Origin: Pseudomonadota bacterium
Lineage (GTDB): Bacteria > Pseudomonadota > Gammaproteobacteria > Xanthomonadales > SZUA-38
Length of the DNA stretch: 64,000 bases
Assembly (NCBI GenBank): GCA_038747195.1
Contig: JBCDKA010000003.1
Span: forward strand, 20,726 to 84,725
Reading direction: 5' to 3'
The notes beneath the pieces were generated by a model. That model was given only the letters and a program-made list of their open reading frames with translations. It ran no database searches and was not told where the DNA came from. A program made the translations under genes and the position numbers. Shown one piece after another: positions 1-10,054 of the stretch (position 1 is the first letter of the stretch; each line of letters opens with the position of its first letter).

Positions 1-147
1 CAGCTCAGTTTGTAAACAATTGCTTAACTGCCGAGAGAAAAACGGTTCAACGGGGTCAAAAGAGGCACGATCAGGGTTTCGCAGGCTTTTCTTAAGCTGC
101 GCTAACGTATTGACGATAATGGAACATTGGCCTGCGAGGAGGTTGGC

Positions 148-678
148 ATGAAAGGCACCAGAAAGAGCAGATGGGTAATCCTGCTGAGCTGCGCCACGCT
201 GTGGCTCACGCCGGCCTGGGCAGACTACCAGCTTGCGCCCGGCGATCTGGTGCAGATTGCCGTTTACGGAGAAGACGATTTGTCGCCGCGTATCCGGGTC
301 GATGAGGGCGGTTCGATCTCCTACCCGTTTCTGGGAAAGCTGACTGTCACCGGCCTGACCACCGAGCAGTTGACACGGATGATTCACGACGGACTTAAGG
401 GTGATTACCTTATCGACCCAAAGGTCTCGGTGAGTATCTCAGAATACCGACCGTTTTACGTCGGCGGTGCGGTGAACGCACCGGGCAATTTCAGCTTTGA
501 ACCGGGCATGACCGTTCGTAAGGCGCTGTCGCTGGCGGGCGGCACTACCGACCGAGCGAGCCTGAAAAAGATTTTTGTCGTTCGCGACGGCACGAGTGAG
601 TCTGACCGGAGTAAGGTCGGACTGGATGACGCGCTCGGGCCGGGTGATATCCTGACCGTGGAGGAAAGCTTCTTCTGA
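148..678 (+). CDS. Polysaccharide export outer-membrane protein (Wza / Poly_export + SLBB type)
   Basis: ORF 127..678. GAGGAGG at 136-142 favours ATG 148. Signal peptide (RWVILLSCATLWLTPAWA). YQLAPGDLVQIAVYG and GGSISYPFLGKLTVTGLT motifs are typical of Wza-family exporters. Followed directly by a Wzc-like gene. Confidence 0.8.
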   Translation: MKGTRKSRWVILLSCATLWLTPAWADYQLAPGDLVQIAVYGEDDLSPRIRVDEGGSISYPFLGKLTVTGLTTEQLTRMIHDGLKGDYLIDPKVSVSISEYRPFYVGGAVNAPGNFSFEPGMTVRKALSLAGGTTDRASLKKIFVVRDGTSESDRSKVGLDDALGPGDILTVEESFF

Positions 679-715
679 GGGCCGGCAGGGCGCCCAGAAA
701 AGCCAGGTGAAAGCG

Positions 716-2917
716 ATGCAGCAGCTCAATCTGCAGACCCAGGTAGTCGAGAACGCTGAAAACGAGCGGCGGTTTGACCTGCGCCAGATTTGGCGGGTCA
801 TCGACAAACACAAGTGGGCCATCCTCGTGCTGACGATTCTGGCGACCGCGGTTGCAGCGCTGTTCGTCAATCGGCAGATACCCGTTTATCGAGCGACCGC
901 CACGCTGTTGATCGAGCGAAGTCCAGTCCAGTTTTCGCCGGTTCAGGACGCCTACGCAGGCTACACCGACCATTGGCTCTACTATCAAACACAGTACGGG
1001 CTGATCAAACGGCGCGCGATCGGCGAACGGGTCGTGAATGATCTCGATCTGGCGACTCCTGCCGTCAGCCAGGCGCCGGCTTCGAGCGAAGGCTTTTCCT
1101 GGCGTGACCTCCTGCCCGATGCGCTGCGCAGTCCGGCTCCGGCGCCGCCGTCTCAGGCAGAGCGCGTGGACGGTTTGGTCAGCTGGATCGTGGGCGGGAT
1201 TCAGGTCAGCCCGCGGCGCAACAGTCAGCTCGTCGACGTGAGCTTCTCCAGCACGAGCCCGCGGGAAGCGGCGGATATCGCCAACGCCGTCGCCGACGCC
1301 TACATCGCGGACAACCTCGACGGCCGCGTAGAGATGAGTCGCGCGGCCACCGACTATCTCACCGAACGGCTTGTCGAACTCAAAGACGCGTGGGAACAGT
1401 CCGAGCAGCAGGTACAGGCTTTTCTCGACTCCCAGAGTCTCCTGAGCGTGCAGGGTGCAGACAGCATCGCTAACCAGGAGCTCACGCTCGCAACGGAAAA
1501 GCTGAGCGCTGCACGCCAGCTGCGCCTCGACTCGCAGATCATCAAGGATCAGATCGATGCCGGTTTCGGTGACGACAGCGCGCTGCTGAACGACCCCCAG
1601 GTAGCGACTGCCAACGACACCCTGCTGGCAGCGCGCCGCAAGGTCGATGAGCTTGGTCAGCGCTATGGGCTTAAACACCCGCGGATGATCGAGGCTCAGT
1701 CCGAGCTCAGTTCTGCCCAGTCGGTGCTCGACCGCCAGGCCCAGATCGCCCGGCAGGATGCGTCGCGGCGATTCGACAATGCGCAGGCCGCAGAGCGGGC
1801 GGCCAACGCGGAGCTTGAGTTGGTTAAGGGTCGGCTGCGCAATATCGATCGGCAAGAGTTTCGGCTGCAGGCGCTGCAGCGCGAGGCGGACAAGAACCGC
1901 GAAATCTATGAGCAGTTTCTGACCCAGTACAAGTCGGCCTCAGCGTCGGGTGATATCCAGACCGCCAATGCGCGGGTCGTTGAGCAGGCGCGGGCGCCAG
2001 GCTACCCCGTCTGGCCCAACAAGAAGCGCAGCCTGTCGATTGCGTTCATGCTGTCGCTGCTGGGTGCGGTCGCACTGGCGTTCCTGCTGGAACATCTGGA
2101 CAACACCTTCAAGACCGCCGACGACCTGGAAAAACGAACGGGTCTTGCGGTGCTCGGCGTACTGCCCCGTCTCAAGACCGGCGGCAAGCAGGACCTGACG
2201 CCGTTCAGCACGTTCTCGAACGATCGACAAAGCCTGTTCTCCGAGGCGATACGTACCGTGCGCACCGGCGTGCTGTTGTCGGACCTGGACGCCGATCAGC
2301 GGATCTTGCTGGTCACCTCGTCCGTTCCAGGGGAGGGCAAAACCACCCTGTCGGTGAACCTGGCCCGGGCGATGGCCGAGATGAAGACCGTGCTGCTGAT
2401 CGATGCCGACATGCGTCGTCCGATGGTCGCCACCGCAACCGAGCGGGATAACAGCAATTTTGGGCTCTCTCACTTCATCGCTGAAGAGGCGGAGCTCAAA
2501 ACCTGTATTCACCAGATGGACGCGGAGGGTGACCAGCAGCTGTTTGTGATGCCCGCGGGCAACCCGCCGCCAAACCCGCTGGAGATGCTGTCCTCGCAGC
2601 GTTTTGCCGCCGCGCTCGATCGCCTTTCCGAAAGTTTTGACTACATTGTCATCGACTGCGCCCCGGCGCTGGCGGTCAGCGACGCCATGGTCCTGTCCAA
2701 GCTGGCAACCTCGGTGGTTTACGTGGTCAAGAGCGATTCGACGCCGGTGCAGGCCGTGCAAACCGGCGTCAAGCGACTCGGCCGGGTCAACGCTCACCTG
2801 ATCGGCGCGGTGCTGAATTCCGTTGAGCTGCGCAGCCAACGCTACTACGGCAAGTATGGCGCGTACGGGATGGACTATTACGCGGCCTACGGGAAGCGAA
2901 CATCCAGCGACACGTGA
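716..2917 (+). CDS. Polysaccharide co-polymerase / tyrosine autokinase (Wzc/EpsG-like, PCP-2a)
   Basis: ORF 707..2917; ATG 716 is preceded by AGGTGA. Wzz-like N-terminal TM, long coiled-coil region and second TM. Walker A SSVPGEGKTT, Walker A' LLIDADMRRP, Walker B IVIDCAP. Tyr-rich tail RYYGKYGAYGMDYYAAYGK. Confidence 0.88.
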   Translation: MQQLNLQTQVVENAENERRFDLRQIWRVIDKHKWAILVLTILATAVAALFVNRQIPVYRATATLLIERSPVQFSPVQDAYAGYTDHWLYYQTQYGLIKRRAIGERVVNDLDLATPAVSQAPASSEGFSWRDLLPDALRSPAPAPPSQAERVDGLVSWIVGGIQVSPRRNSQLVDVSFSSTSPREAADIANAVADAYIADNLDGRVEMSRAATDYLTERLVELKDAWEQSEQQVQAFLDSQSLLSVQGADSIANQELTLATEKLSAARQLRLDSQIIKDQIDAGFGDDSALLNDPQVATANDTLLAARRKVDELGQRYGLKHPRMIEAQSELSSAQSVLDRQAQIARQDASRRFDNAQAAERAANAELELVKGRLRNIDRQEFRLQALQREADKNREIYEQFLTQYKSASASGDIQTANARVVEQARAPGYPVWPNKKRSLSIAFMLSLLGAVALAFLLEHLDNTFKTADDLEKRTGLAVLGVLPRLKTGGKQDLTPFSTFSNDRQSLFSEAIRTVRTGVLLSDLDADQRILLVTSSVPGEGKTTLSVNLARAMAEMKTVLLIDADMRRPMVATATERDNSNFGLSHFIAEEAELKTCIHQMDAEGDQQLFVMPAGNPPPNPLEMLSSQRFAAALDRLSESFDYIVIDCAPALAVSDAMVLSKLATSVVYVVKSDSTPVQAVQTGVKRLGRVNAHLIGAVLNSVELRSQRYYGKYGAYGMDYYAAYGKRTSSDT

Positions 2918-3555
2918 TACCCCGCCTCGCCGCGGCGGCTCTGCCGGGGCTACTGTGTATCGCCAGCCTGGCACTGTGCGTACAGCAGGCCTCCCTGACG
3001 TTGGCTTCCCGTGCTTTCGACCGCTGGACAGGCAACCCCGGGCTCCAAGCGCCCCAGCAGGTACAGGCCCCGCTGGCCGTGGCGTTACTGTTACCCGATC
3101 CCGCTGCTTACTGGCTTAAGGGCCGCTGGAAAATGGCGCAGAACCCGGCGGATGATTCGGCGCTCGCGGCCTTTGACCGCGTCGCCCAGGCGCGGCCCTA
3201 CGATTTTCATCCATCGCTAGGACGAGCGAGCTGGTGGGCCGCCAACGAGCCGGGCAGTTCAGAATTTGCCGCGGCGCTGGCGGAAGCGATGGTTCTGGGT
3301 CCGAACGAATCGCGGGTGTTTGCCGCAATATTTCCCCTCGCGCGACTTCACTGGCATTATCTCTCTCCCGATCAGCAACAGCAGCTTGAAGCACTGCTGG
3401 TCAGCACGGCGGTCCGAGAACCCGCCTTGGCGATCGAACTAGCACGAGACTATGGGTTTGCCGGCCCGGCCTGTCGGTTGACGGCGGAAAACCTTTTGGC
3501 GGTTGGACACTGCCAGCGTCTCGGCATCATTGACAGGGAAGAGGGAAGTCCATGA
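2914..3555 (+). CDS. Hypothetical protein with N-terminal hydrophobic segment
   Basis: GTG start overlaps the Wzc stop by 4 nt. 3' end overlaps the next gene start (3552). No family recognised. Confidence 0.45.
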   Translation: MIPRLAAAALPGLLCIASLALCVQQASLTLASRAFDRWTGNPGLQAPQQVQAPLAVALLLPDPAAYWLKGRWKMAQNPADDSALAAFDRVAQARPYDFHPSLGRASWWAANEPGSSEFAAALAEAMVLGPNESRVFAAIFPLARLHWHYLSPDQQQQLEALLVSTAVREPALAIELARDYGFAGPACRLTAENLLAVGHCQRLGIIDREEGSP

Positions 3556-3941
3556 GTGAGGTATCGATACCGGTTTCTTACGGTGAGCTGCTCGACAAGA
3601 TCACCATTTTGGAAATCAAAGCAGAGCGAATTAAAGATGCTGCCAAGCTCGAGAATGTGCGGCACGAGCTCGAGCTTTTGTCAAAGGTCTGGGATACCCA
3701 CGTCGACGACGCGAACCAGGTGACAGACGCCCGAGAGCAGCTAAGAGCGGTCAACCTGACCCTCTGGGAAATCGAGGACAAGATCCGCCTGAAAGAGGCG
3801 GCAAACACCTTCGACGATCGTTTTGTCGAGCTGGCGCGGGCGGTGTATGTCACCAACGACCGCCGCGCCGCGATCAAAAAAGACATCAATCTCGCCCTGG
3901 GCTCGGCGCTGATCGAAGAAAAGTCGTACGAGCCTTACTGA
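3552..3941 (+). CDS. Small conserved hypothetical protein (resembles the DUF6165-type proteins found beside LPS heptosyltransferases)
   Basis: 129 aa, helical and charged (YGELLDKITILEIKAERIKDAAKLENVRHELELL). ATGA-type overlap with the upstream ORF. Family name is from memory only. Confidence 0.55.
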   Translation: MSEVSIPVSYGELLDKITILEIKAERIKDAAKLENVRHELELLSKVWDTHVDDANQVTDAREQLRAVNLTLWEIEDKIRLKEAANTFDDRFVELARAVYVTNDRRAAIKKDINLALGSALIEEKSYEPY

Positions 3942-4975
3942 CGCGGGAGCTGCGCGGCAAACGCGTCGAGCCGCTCCGTCACGTCACTCACCTCAATCAG
4001 GTCCATGACTCCGGGCCTTTCAATCTTTTGTCCCCACCGTAGCTGCGCAGCCGGCTTGCCCAGGTACTTGCGGGCCGCAGCGTCATACCGGTCCACGCAC
4101 CAATCCAACGAGCTGTAGGGCCCGCTGCGTCGCGGGTTGCTGGCGGCATGGAGCCCCAGCACAGGGGTACCGACGGCGTTCGCGATGTGCATGGGGCCCG
4201 TGTCGGGCGCCAGCACCAGCTGAGACAGCTTTAGCAGCCCGGCAAGCTGTTTCAGTGTGTCTTTACCGGTCAAATTCAGCACCGGCTGGCGCATGCTAGT
4301 CTCGATATCGGAATTGAAGTTTTGCTCAAAGTCCGACGGACCGCCGGCGATAATGACCTGCATATCGTGGCGTTCCGCCGCGTGGTCGGCCGCTGCGGCG
4401 TAGCGTTCGGGTCGCCAGTTGCGCAGCGCGTGAGATGAAACGGGGCACAGCGTCAGCGTCGGTCGGGTGGCGTCGATATGCTCCCTGGCAAAAGCCAGAT
4501 CGTCATCGGAAATCGGCAGATCCCAGGTTGGCGCTGCTAGCGGTGTTATGCCCGCCGGCGCGAGAAATGACAGGAGGGCATCCTGTACGTGCTGGCCCGA
4601 GTCCGCCGCAATTCGCTGGTTGATAAACAGTCCGTGGCCGTCACGCGCACGCTGACGGTCGTAACCGATGCGCTGAACGGCCTTGATCATCAGGGAAGCC
4701 AGATTGGCCCGCAGCGCAACCTGCTGGTGTAGCAGCACGTCGAAGGGTTCGCGGCCCAGCTCCCGCTGAAGCCGCCGATAGCCGGCCAGCCCTGCGCCCT
4801 TATCAAAGGTGACCAGCCTTACGCCGCTGATTCCCTCCATAAGGCGGCGCTCGAACCCGCCGATGACCCACGTTAACGCCGTATCGGGCTCTGCGTGCTG
4901 GATTGCGCGCACCACGGCGAGGGCGTGGACCGCGTCACCGATCGCTGAAATCCGCAGGAGGCAGACCCGCCTCAT
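3935..4975 (-). CDS. Glycosyltransferase family 9 (LPS heptosyltransferase-like)
   Basis: N-terminus MRRVCLLRISAIGDAVHALAVVRAI and C-terminal LVLAPDTGPMHIANAVGTPVLGLH match GT9 heptosyltransferase signatures. Adjacent to a Kdo kinase gene. Confidence 0.82.
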   Translation of the reverse strand: MRRVCLLRISAIGDAVHALAVVRAIQHAEPDTALTWVIGGFERRLMEGISGVRLVTFDKGAGLAGYRRLQRELGREPFDVLLHQQVALRANLASLMIKAVQRIGYDRQRARDGHGLFINQRIAADSGQHVQDALLSFLAPAGITPLAAPTWDLPISDDDLAFAREHIDATRPTLTLCPVSSHALRNWRPERYAAAADHAAERHDMQVIIAGGPSDFEQNFNSDIETSMRQPVLNLTGKDTLKQLAGLLKLSQLVLAPDTGPMHIANAVGTPVLGLHAASNPRRSGPYSSLDWCVDRYDAAARKYLGKPAAQLRWGQKIERPGVMDLIEVSDVTERLDAFAAQLPRQ

Positions 4976-5025
4976 AGTTGGTGTGACACGATCTTGGCGA
5001 GCATAATGAAGCGGTGGAGCAGGGA

Positions 5026-5820
5026 ATGATATCTCGAAAGGGCTCGGCCGTTATCTTAACCAACCCGGCGCTGAGCGAGAAAGCTGCGGTTGACGAGTGG
5101 TTTGATCCCGACTACTGGTCCGGCCGACAGCAGCTTGCCGGCAGCGCCACCGGTCGTGGTGCGGTGGTCTTTTTCGAGCACAACAACGAACGCTGGGCGC
5201 TGCGTCACTACCAGCGCGGTGGCCTGGTGGCCCGGTTCAGCCGCGATCGTTACCTCTTTACCGGCCATCGAAAGGTACGCGCTGTTCGCGAATTTGAACT
5301 CCTGCGCAAACTGGTGGGCATCGGCCTCCCGACCTCCGCGCCGCTGGCGGCGCGCTACCAGCGCAGCGGCGCGTGGTATCGCGCGGAACTGATCACCCGC
5401 TTTATTCCGCATCGATGGACGCTGGCTCAATACCTGATACATACATTGAGCGAGTCTGACGCCGATGCCGGAGAGACCCTTAACTCGCTGGGAGACACGT
5501 TGACCCGCGTCGGGGCCGTTGTGGGTCGATTCCAGGCGGCCGGCGTGCTCCATGCAGACCTCAATTGTCACAACGTGCTGCTGGCGGACTCGGGGGTGCA
5601 CATCATCGACCTGGATCGCGGGACTCTACAAAGTCCAGGGTCCTGGCAGCAGCGAACCCTGGACCGGCTCAAGCGATCGGCGCTGAAGGTATCTCCCGAG
5701 AGGTCTCACGACCGGCTGCTGGAAAGCTGGCCGGCACTCGAGTCGGCCGAGCGGGCCAGCCGGCGCGCGACGCCCGACGCCCCGGCCGCTGTTACTGCCC
5801 GCAGCGCCCCAGGTCGTTGA
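5026..5820 (+). CDS. kdkA: 3-deoxy-D-manno-octulosonic acid (Kdo) kinase
   Basis: ORF 5014..5820; GGAG at 5016-5019 favours ATG 5026. WALRHYQRGGL, RAVREFELL and LHADLNCHNVLL (kinase catalytic loop) are typical of KdkA. Confidence 0.75.
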   Translation: MISRKGSAVILTNPALSEKAAVDEWFDPDYWSGRQQLAGSATGRGAVVFFEHNNERWALRHYQRGGLVARFSRDRYLFTGHRKVRAVREFELLRKLVGIGLPTSAPLAARYQRSGAWYRAELITRFIPHRWTLAQYLIHTLSESDADAGETLNSLGDTLTRVGAVVGRFQAAGVLHADLNCHNVLLADSGVHIIDLDRGTLQSPGSWQQRTLDRLKRSALKVSPERSHDRLLESWPALESAERASRRATPDAPAAVTARSAPGR

Positions 5821-6604
5821 GCTGCCAGTCGTAGTCGGTGAACTTCACCTTGAGGTCTGATGCCGGCGTCGTGGGCGGCAGGCCCAACCTGTCGGAATAG
5901 GTCACCAGGTAGTTCTCGAGGGTGCCTTCCGCGGCGGCAAAGTCCTCTTCGTACCAGTCAAAGATCGGCGAAACCCAGACTCGACCGCTGGCCGTGTCGT
6001 AGTAGTTTCGCTGCCGGTCGGCTAGAAATCCGCCCATAGCGGTGGCCAGCTGCTCATCGAGCGTGGCCGCTGCAAACGGTTCCGCCAGCAGGGCCGGGCA
6101 GCCGCAGGAAGCACAGTTCACGGCAGCGTGAATTCGCGGTTCAGCAAAGGTTCCCCGAATCATTTCGTGTTCCACCTCGTCGAGCGACCGCTCAGCGCCC
6201 AGCAGCGTAAAAAATTCTTGCTTCCAGGGTGACCGGAACAGCGATCCGAGATCCTTGATCGACTCGAGGTCCGGGTAGCGCGTCAGAATGAGCTCGAGCG
6301 TAAACGCGTTGTACGCATTGATCAGAAACGCCAGCTGAGCACTTTCCGGCCATTGATTGTAGGTCTCCTGCGCCACGCCGCTCAGCGCTTCCAGCACACC
6401 CTTGAGGTCCTGTCGGCGGTCGGCGAGCCAGGCGTAATCGACTTCGCTCGCGGTACGCTCATCGTTGAAGCGAACCGCACCTTTCAGCAGCGTCTTGTAC
6501 TCGGCGAACCCTGGGTGGGGCATCACATCCTCGCCGCTGGCCGGGCGCATGGTCATCGTCAGTGCCAGCGCGGCGGCCACACTGATGGTTTGAGTGATTT
6601 TCAT
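5792..6604 (-). CDS. DUF547 domain protein, secreted
   Basis: AFLINAYNAFTLELIL, EPRIHAAVNCASCGCPAL and SPIFDWYEEDF match my recollection of DUF547. ATG 6604 forms an ATGA overlap with the stop of the upstream gene. Signal peptide MKITQTISVAAALALTMTM. Confidence 0.7.
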   Translation of the reverse strand: MKITQTISVAAALALTMTMRPASGEDVMPHPGFAEYKTLLKGAVRFNDERTASEVDYAWLADRRQDLKGVLEALSGVAQETYNQWPESAQLAFLINAYNAFTLELILTRYPDLESIKDLGSLFRSPWKQEFFTLLGAERSLDEVEHEMIRGTFAEPRIHAAVNCASCGCPALLAEPFAAATLDEQLATAMGGFLADRQRNYYDTASGRVWVSPIFDWYEEDFAAAEGTLENYLVTYSDRLGLPPTTPASDLKVKFTDYDWQLNDLGRCGQ

Positions 6605-8730
6605 GAGCGGCTCCATCGATGGAATTTTTCAAGCCATGGCATCAGCCATTCGGGTTTGTTGGCGTCCTGCCAACGACCGGCGGCAAATTTCGTGGCTTCG
6701 CTGAAGGTCGGGTAGGGGTGTATGGTGCCCATGATCTTCTTCAGACCCAGGCCGTGGCGCATGGCAAGGGTGAACTCAGCGAGCAGCTCACCGCCGTGGT
6801 GGCCGACCACCGTGGCACCCAGAATTTTGTCGCTTTTGCCGGCCGTAATGACTTTGACAAAGCCGTGGGCCGCTTCGTCGGCAAGCGCACGGTCGAGCCC
6901 CTCCAGTGAATAGTGGATAACCTGGTGATCGATCCCCTGTTCCCTCGCTTCCGTCTCGTTGAGGCCCACACGCGCCAGCTCGGGCTCGGTAAAGGTCACC
7001 CAGGGCAGCACGCTGTAATCCACCCGAAACTTCCGGAACTTTCCAAACAGGGCATTCACCGCGCAGTACCAGGCCTCGTGAGAAGCCGAATGGGTGAACT
7101 GATAAGGCCCGATGACGTCACCGCAGGCGTAGATGTTGGGATAGCGGGTCTGCAGATGATCATTGACCGACACCGTTCCATTGGGCTCGGTCTCGATGCC
7201 CATTTCCTCCAGGCCAAGACCTTTGGTGTTGGCTCGGCGTCCGACGGCTACCAGCAGGCGATCAAACGGCAGCGAAACCTCGCCGTCGGGTCCTTCGCAG
7301 ATCAGCGTCTTGCCGTCCTCGACTCGAACGGCGGTGTGCTGCAGCCGCAGGCTGACCCCGTTGTCGGCCAACGCCTGCTGAACGAGCTCCGCAGCGTCGG
7401 TGTCCTCGCGCGCCAGCAGCCGTTCGCCCCGCTCGACCAGCTCAACCTGGCTGCCCAGCCGAGCAAAAGCCTGCGCCATCTCGCAGCCAATCGGGCCGCC
7501 GCCAAGGATCACCAGCCGGTCCGGCTGCTCGCTGAGCTCCCAAAGCGTATCGGACGTGAGGTAGTCGCACTCGTCGATCCCGTCGATCGGCGGCACAAAC
7601 GGTTTGCCGCCGGTGGCGATGACGATGTTGGCGGCGCTGAGACGCCGGCCGTCCACCTCAACCTCCCAGGGTGAGACAATTTTTGCGTGACCGCTGACGC
7701 ACTCGACCCCGAGCGATTCGTAACGCTCTGGCGAGTCGTGTGGCTCGATGGTCTCAATGATCTTCTGCACCCGCCCCATCACCGCTGCAAAATCCACCTC
7801 GGCGCTGGCAGAGGCGAAACCGAAGGCCTGGTGCTGCCTGACGTCCTGCATAAACCTCGCGCTTCGCAGCAGCGATTTGCTCGGCACACAGCCGGTGTAG
7901 AGGCAGTCGCCGCCCATCTTGTCGTCGGTAACCAAAGCGACTTTGGCCTTCACCGCAGCGGCGATAAACGACGTTACCAGGCCCGCGGAGCCGCCACCGA
8001 TGGCGATGATGTTTCGATCGATTTGCGCCGGCTTTTCAAACCGCGAATAAAGGCGACGGCGGCGGATTGCGTCAACCACTCGCTTGCCGATCACCGGAAC
8101 CAGACCCAGCAGGATGAAAGATCCAAACAGCGCCGGACTGAGAATGTCTTTGGCAGACTCCAGCGTCGCAAGCTGCTGTCCAGCATTGACGTAAGCGAGG
8201 GTGCCCGGCAGCATGCCTAGCTGGCTAACGCCGGCGAAAACCAGCGTTCGGATTTTGGTCAGGCCCATAACCAGGTTGATGACAACAAACGGAAACAGGG
8301 GTATCAAACGCAGCGATAAAAGGTAAAAGGCACCTTCCTTTTCCATGCCGCGATCAAACGCAGCAAACGCCTTGGGAAATCGCTGGCGTACACTGTCACC
8401 GAGGACCAAACGGGAAACCAGGAACGCGAGTGTCGCGCCAAGAGTTGAAGCGAATGACACAAGGACCGTGCCACCAAGTAGGCCAAAAAGGGCGCCCGCA
8501 ACCAACGTAAGCAGCGCTGCCCCAGGCACCGATAGTCCGGTCGCTAGAACATAAACAACAAAAAAAATGCCGGCAGTCAAAACGCTGTTGGCTGCCTGAT
8601 ATTCACGGAACTGATCAAGCCGCGACTTCAAAGCCGCAAGCGAGAGGTACTGATCCAGGTCAAACAAATAGAACGCAGCCACAGCTAACGCGATAGCCAC
8701 AACAATGATAATTCTGATCCTGCCTTTCAA
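6601..8730 (-). CDS. Fusion protein: TVP38/TMEM64 (DedA-related) membrane domain + FAD pyridine-nucleotide-disulfide oxidoreductase (mercuric/glutathione reductase-like)
   Basis: About 225 aa multi-TM N-terminus. Then GGGSAGLV (FAD GxGxxG), redox-active GGDCLYTGCVPSK, second GGGPIGCE NAD(P) fold, and C-terminal HPYPTFSE His-Glu dimer-interface motif. Confidence 0.85.
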   Translation of the reverse strand: MKGRIRIIIVVAIALAVAAFYLFDLDQYLSLAALKSRLDQFREYQAANSVLTAGIFFVVYVLATGLSVPGAALLTLVAGALFGLLGGTVLVSFASTLGATLAFLVSRLVLGDSVRQRFPKAFAAFDRGMEKEGAFYLLSLRLIPLFPFVVINLVMGLTKIRTLVFAGVSQLGMLPGTLAYVNAGQQLATLESAKDILSPALFGSFILLGLVPVIGKRVVDAIRRRRLYSRFEKPAQIDRNIIAIGGGSAGLVTSFIAAAVKAKVALVTDDKMGGDCLYTGCVPSKSLLRSARFMQDVRQHQAFGFASASAEVDFAAVMGRVQKIIETIEPHDSPERYESLGVECVSGHAKIVSPWEVEVDGRRLSAANIVIATGGKPFVPPIDGIDECDYLTSDTLWELSEQPDRLVILGGGPIGCEMAQAFARLGSQVELVERGERLLAREDTDAAELVQQALADNGVSLRLQHTAVRVEDGKTLICEGPDGEVSLPFDRLLVAVGRRANTKGLGLEEMGIETEPNGTVSVNDHLQTRYPNIYACGDVIGPYQFTHSASHEAWYCAVNALFGKFRKFRVDYSVLPWVTFTEPELARVGLNETEAREQGIDHQVIHYSLEGLDRALADEAAHGFVKVITAGKSDKILGATVVGHHGGELLAEFTLAMRHGLGLKKIMGTIHPYPTFSEATKFAAGRWQDANKPEWLMPWLEKFHRWSRS

Positions 8731-8747
8731 TTCTCTCTCCCTACGCT

Positions 8748-9443
8748 GTGTCCGCTGAACCGTGGCTGAGTGTGGTGATGCCGGTCCACAATGAGGCCGC
8801 CATCATCGAGCGAACCCTCGTCGGCTTGCAAGGCCTGCGAAACCTCGGTGCCGAGGTCATCGTCGTGGACGGTGCCAGCAGCGACTCAACCGCTTCCATT
8901 GCAGACCCGCTTTGCGACCAGCTGCTTTCAAAATCCGCCGGTCGCGCGCGACAGCTGCAGGCGGGCATCGAGGCCGCACAAGGCCCGCTGGTTTGGATGC
9001 TGCACGCCGACAGCGTTGTCGAAACGGACCATTTCACCTTCCTGCAAAACCATCGTGAGGCGCCCTGGGGCTTCTTCAATATTGGGCTGAGTGGCCGCCT
9101 CTGGCAGCTGAGAGTGGTGGAGTGGAGCATGAACATGCGCACACGCCTGACCGGCATCGCCACCGGCGATCAGGGAATTTTTGCGCAGCGCGGCCTGTTG
9201 GAGCGCATCGGCGGCATACCCGCGCTGCCCCTGATGGAGGACATTGAGCTCAGCAAGCGGTTGCGCCGTCAGGCACGCCCGCTGATCGCCAGGCCGACAT
9301 TGATCACCTCGAGCCGTCGCTGGGAGCAGCGGGGTGTGGGTCGTACCGTGCTGGAGATGTGGACGCTCCGTGCGGCCTATACGCTCGGCGTTAGTCCGGC
9401 TCGGATCGCCGATTACTATCAACGTCGGGCGCCGCGAGGTTGA
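8748..9443 (+). CDS. Family-2 glycosyltransferase, TIGR04283-like (the type PGAP names arsenosugar-biosynthesis / rSAM-selenodomain-associated)
   Basis: LSVVMPVHNEA, EVIVVDGASSDST, GRARQLQAG, MLHADS, GDQGIFAQRGLLERIGG, LMEDIELSKRL and TSSRRWEQRG fit my recollection of this family. Start lies only 17 bp from the divergent gene. Confidence 0.7.
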   Translation: MSAEPWLSVVMPVHNEAAIIERTLVGLQGLRNLGAEVIVVDGASSDSTASIADPLCDQLLSKSAGRARQLQAGIEAAQGPLVWMLHADSVVETDHFTFLQNHREAPWGFFNIGLSGRLWQLRVVEWSMNMRTRLTGIATGDQGIFAQRGLLERIGGIPALPLMEDIELSKRLRRQARPLIARPTLITSSRRWEQRGVGRTVLEMWTLRAAYTLGVSPARIADYYQRRAPRG

Positions 9444-10054
9444 GTACGCTCATTCAGGTTTTTGCCCGAGCGCCGGTGCTCGGGCAGGTCAAAACCCGGC
9501 TGATACCGGAAGTTGGGGCTGCACGCGCTCTGGCGGTTTATGAGCAGCTACTGCGCCGCACGCTACAGCAGGCGGCGGCAACCGGCTTTGCGCTGGAGGT
9601 TTGGATGGCCGGCGCTTCGGCGAAACCGCTGGAATCGCTGCTGAACGAGGTGGGACTCGAGGCGGCGATCCGGCGCCAGCAAGGGGACGACCTGGGCGCG
9701 AGAATGCACCACGCCCTGAGCGATGGCCTCGTCAGGCATCGGCACGTGATGCTCATCGGTTCAGATATCGTAGACCTTGAGACCCGGCACCTGCGTGAGG
9801 CCTCCCGTCGGCTTCAGGGCGGCGCTGATCTCGTGCTGGGGCCGAGCGCTGACGGCGGCTACTATCTGGTGGCCCCTGCGGCGCCCTGTCGGGCGTTGTT
9901 CAACGACGTCGACTGGGGTACCGCTTTGGTTTGGCAGCAGACGATGGCGCGCGTGACGGACCTCGGGCTAAAGCTCGAACTGCTGCCAACGTGCCATGAC
10001 CTGGACGAGGGGGCCGACCTCCGGCGAGCGGAATCGCTTGGGGTGATTCGATGA
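9440..10054 (+). CDS. DUF2064 / TIGR04282-like glycosyltransferase-like protein
   Basis: IQVFARAPVLGQVKTRLIPEVG, QQGDDLGARM, MLIGSDIVDL, LGPSADGGYYLV and DVDWGT motifs. TTG start overlaps the stop of the preceding GT2 gene (TTGA). Confidence 0.7.
   Translation: MSTLIQVFARAPVLGQVKTRLIPEVGAARALAVYEQLLRRTLQQAAATGFALEVWMAGASAKPLESLLNEVGLEAAIRRQQGDDLGARMHHALSDGLVRHRHVMLIGSDIVDLETRHLREASRRLQGGADLVLGPSADGGYYLVAPAAPCRALFNDVDWGTALVWQQTMARVTDLGLKLELLPTCHDLDEGADLRRAESLGVIR

Noticed and set aside
545-2974. Long antisense ORFs (545..1855, 436 aa; 1940..2974, 344 aa) opposite the Wzc-like gene
   Set aside because: They are Arg/Gly/Pro-rich with no recognisable motifs, and they fully overlap a gene with clear Walker motifs. 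This is a typical high-GC antisense artefact. The same applies to 19534..20493, 20894..21769, 29613..30911, 36242..36871, 37816..38514, 41139..41738, 45571..46074 and 60269..61111.
5792-5820. Convergent 3'-end overlaps (5792-5820, 11095-11124, 3935-3941, 27089-27092, 49789-49795)
   Set aside because: These are common in compact high-GC genomes and carry no evidence of special regulatory meaning. I noted them only as support for the gene calls.
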